A stretch of 64,000 nucleotides of DNA from Octopus bimaculoides. Lineage: Eukaryota. The stretch spans positions 57,739,357 to 57,803,356 of the forward strand of contig NC_068984.1 of the NCBI RefSeq assembly GCF_001194135.2, written 5' to 3'. Shown here in pieces: positions 61,693-64,000 of this stretch (its first letter is position 1; the number at the start of each line of letters is the position of its first letter). Under the pieces are notes generated by a model. It saw only the letters and a list, made by a program, of their open reading frames with translations, was not told the DNA's origin and did not search any database. Both the position numbers and the translations under genes were made by a program.

Positions 61693-63298
61693 CGATGGAT
61701 GGCGTGAGTATATTTTTATTGGAGTAACCGAGGTCAAATTGTTCCATATTTAAGAGAGACTCGTGGTTTCCGTAAATATGTATAAGCACGGTCTACCGGT
61801 CAGTTATTTAACATAAACCATGCGGTCTCTATTAAACACTCTGGCCAGGGAATGAAAAGGATTGTTTGTAAAACAAATCCGAAAGAAGCACAATCTAAGA
61901 TGTGGAGCAGTATATATTAAAAATATTTTTAAGAGGTCATGGGCCAACAGGTTTTTGGGATCTGACAATACACCATCAAGCTAAACCTTTTATGAACAGG
62001 AAACCTAAAGTAATCCCATAAATTGACCTTCCCCATTTTTAATATATACTGATCTACATTTTAGAGTGTGCTTCTTTTAGATCTATGTTTTTTTTTTACA
62101 AACGATGCACACGATCCTAGGTCAGGTCACTTGCTATGCAAGTACATCTTCGATATATATATATATATATGTGTGTGTATAGAGAAAGAGCTGATTTCTC
62201 TAAGCATTTTATATGAACGCCTTACAAATTGAAAGTGAAAATGCTACGGAGATGAAAAGTTTTGGTGTGACATGAAGTACATCACTAGCATCTTGTCAGT
62301 TGTATACATCAACGAGAAGGGCAGTGATTTTTAAAAATTTTTACTACTTAAGCATCCGAGAGTCAGATGGTAACAATCTTAAATTGGGTGACCAATTAAG
62401 TGTGATAGTGATAGAACCTCTACAATCTACGTCAAGTACTTTGGCGTGCCACGAGATGTATCCAAGTGCAGCTAAATTTATACTATATAATTAGCAAGTA
62501 CCCGTGGAAATTCCACGGTCATTTTGAAAATTGTATGATGAAAGTGTATATTTTTGTGGCGGAGGTAAAAAATACACACACCACCCATTTTTGGCATGAC
62601 CTTAACCCTAACCCTAAACATTGGGTGTGCGTATTCTTTACCTTTGCCATTTTTGTGAAACATTTGATTCTTGAGAAGATATAAAAATCCACATGGGTAG
62701 TATTGAAGGGACTATCTATCTACCTACCTACATATATGCATACATACATACATACCCACCTATATATCTATCAGCCTGTCTTATATTCTACTTATATTTC
62801 TGTTGATGTACGTATTTGTCTACTCTAACAATATGAACGTACATTTAAACCAAATAACTAAAAAAGAAAAAATCTATTATGGTGCTCTAGCATGGCCTCA
62901 GTCTTTGAACTGCTACACATAAAAAGGTAAAAGTAACAACCACAGCTATTTGGGAAGATCATTTTACTTTGATTTAACTTGTGTTGATATATATTGTCAT
63001 TCATCTTTCTATCGACAGACTGAAGATTTGAAAACAGTTGAACATGAGAACCTTTAACAATAACTAAACTTCTATTATAATAGTCTGTCACAGTATTCTA
63101 TTATACGACGTTTAAAATCATATAGCTACTTTCTATTCCCGTGTTCTTTTCAGTCAACATTCACTTACTCTATTTCTGTGTCTCTCACTTCAGCTACACC
63201 ACAGGTCCCTACACCTAACATGTTTATGCTTCTACTTTCTACTTCTTTCAACTAACCACAGCATAATAGCAATACCTTTTCTCTTGCCTCTCAGCACC

Positions 63299-63300
<2 letters not shown>

Positions 63301-63370
<70 letters not shown>
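63301..63370. repeat. (CT)35 microsatellite
   Basis: Perfect dinucleotide run. Confidence 0.98.
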
Positions 63371-63373
<3 letters not shown>

Positions 63374-63588
63374 TTAAACAAACCACTTCACAACAGCTTA
63401 GCATGATAACTATTACTTTCTGGCATTCATAACTTATTGAGAATTCCTAAAAACAAGATCCTGTGTAAGACAGTTCTGTATTCTCTGTAAATGCACAAAA
63501 ACCGTTTTAAGGGCTACATACTTTGTATTGTTGTTTTTGGATAAATGAAACAATTATGAGAATGGAACCAAGGGATAAGCCCCACTTT

Positions 63589-63616
63589 CCCGGGAATTAC
63601 CGGGTACGTCAGCTAG
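63589..63616 (+). mobile_element. Probable Helitron 3' terminus
   Basis: GC hairpin cccgg-gaatta-ccggg, 8 nt, then CTAG|T. Confidence 0.55.
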
Positions 63617-64000
63617 TCATTGTATAACTGCTTGGCATTTTCCACAACATTATTTTCGAAACCAATTTATTTTCATATTGCTTTGCTCTAAATTATTTAA
63701 ATTACACTTTAGTGTTTGCCATAAATCAAAACCTTCCCTTGCATTAACTTGCCTTAAATGCCATAAATTGTGGATGAATTAGTTTATATTCACATCTTTT
63801 CAAACAATATTATTGTAATTTCTGACTGCATTGTTACAGTTACGTGTTTTTTTGTTCTTTTTATGTTTTTCCTGAATTGGTTATGCTTGTTAACATCAGA
63901 CATTATCACTGATGGATGGACAATATATAAGAAGAAAACACTTATGTATTGGCCACTATTCTTTTCAAGTTCAATGTAATCAATGACAGAGTGACATTGG

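Larger units (their letters stand above)
60570..62080. mobile_element. Large foldback element with nested insertions
   Basis: The left arm (tattaaaaatggggaagg..tttatgggattac ... gatcccaaaaacct.ttggcccatgacctcttaaaaata) is the reverse complement of about 61925-62050 once the inserts are removed. Confidence 0.7.

Noticed and set aside
1-64000. CRISPR arrays, rRNA, operons or prokaryotic defence systems
   Set aside because: No regularly spaced repeat-spacer units or prokaryotic gene organisation; the window is eukaryotic.

Overview
AT-rich animal genomic DNA with three N gaps and no prokaryotic features. From memory, the single-exon C2H2 arrays and the SINE/RTE families resemble an octopus/coleoid cephalopod; this was not checked against a database. 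The only convincing protein-coding genes are two divergently oriented C2H2 zinc-finger genes: ZNF-A (minus, 5477-6307, 8 intact fingers, eroded at both ends) and ZNF-B (plus, 50388-51614, 13 fingers, probable non-coding first exon near 48.0 kb). There is also a candidate first exon of a third gene near 33.7 kb. The rest is a dense, often nested transposon landscape. It includes an RTE LINE with a PHD-like finger inside its RT, a Gmr1-like Gypsy with integrase before RT and a scrambled RT, a Mag-like Gypsy relic, and a tRNA-Trp-primed Gypsy carrying a solo LTR and a near-perfect 175-bp hairpin MITE. It also includes a full-length decayed Chapaev3-like DNA transposon, DD37D and DD34D Tc1/mariner copies, about ten foldback/MITE palindromes, more than 20 SINE copies, a probable Helitron 3' end, and an inverted duplication of about 775 bp. 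I did not find an unambiguous new biological system. The best leads are the odd TE architectures, the GG-terminal hairpin elements with TTAGGG-like cores, and long dsRNA-forming inserts inside the ZNF transcription units. All alignments and translations were done by eye.
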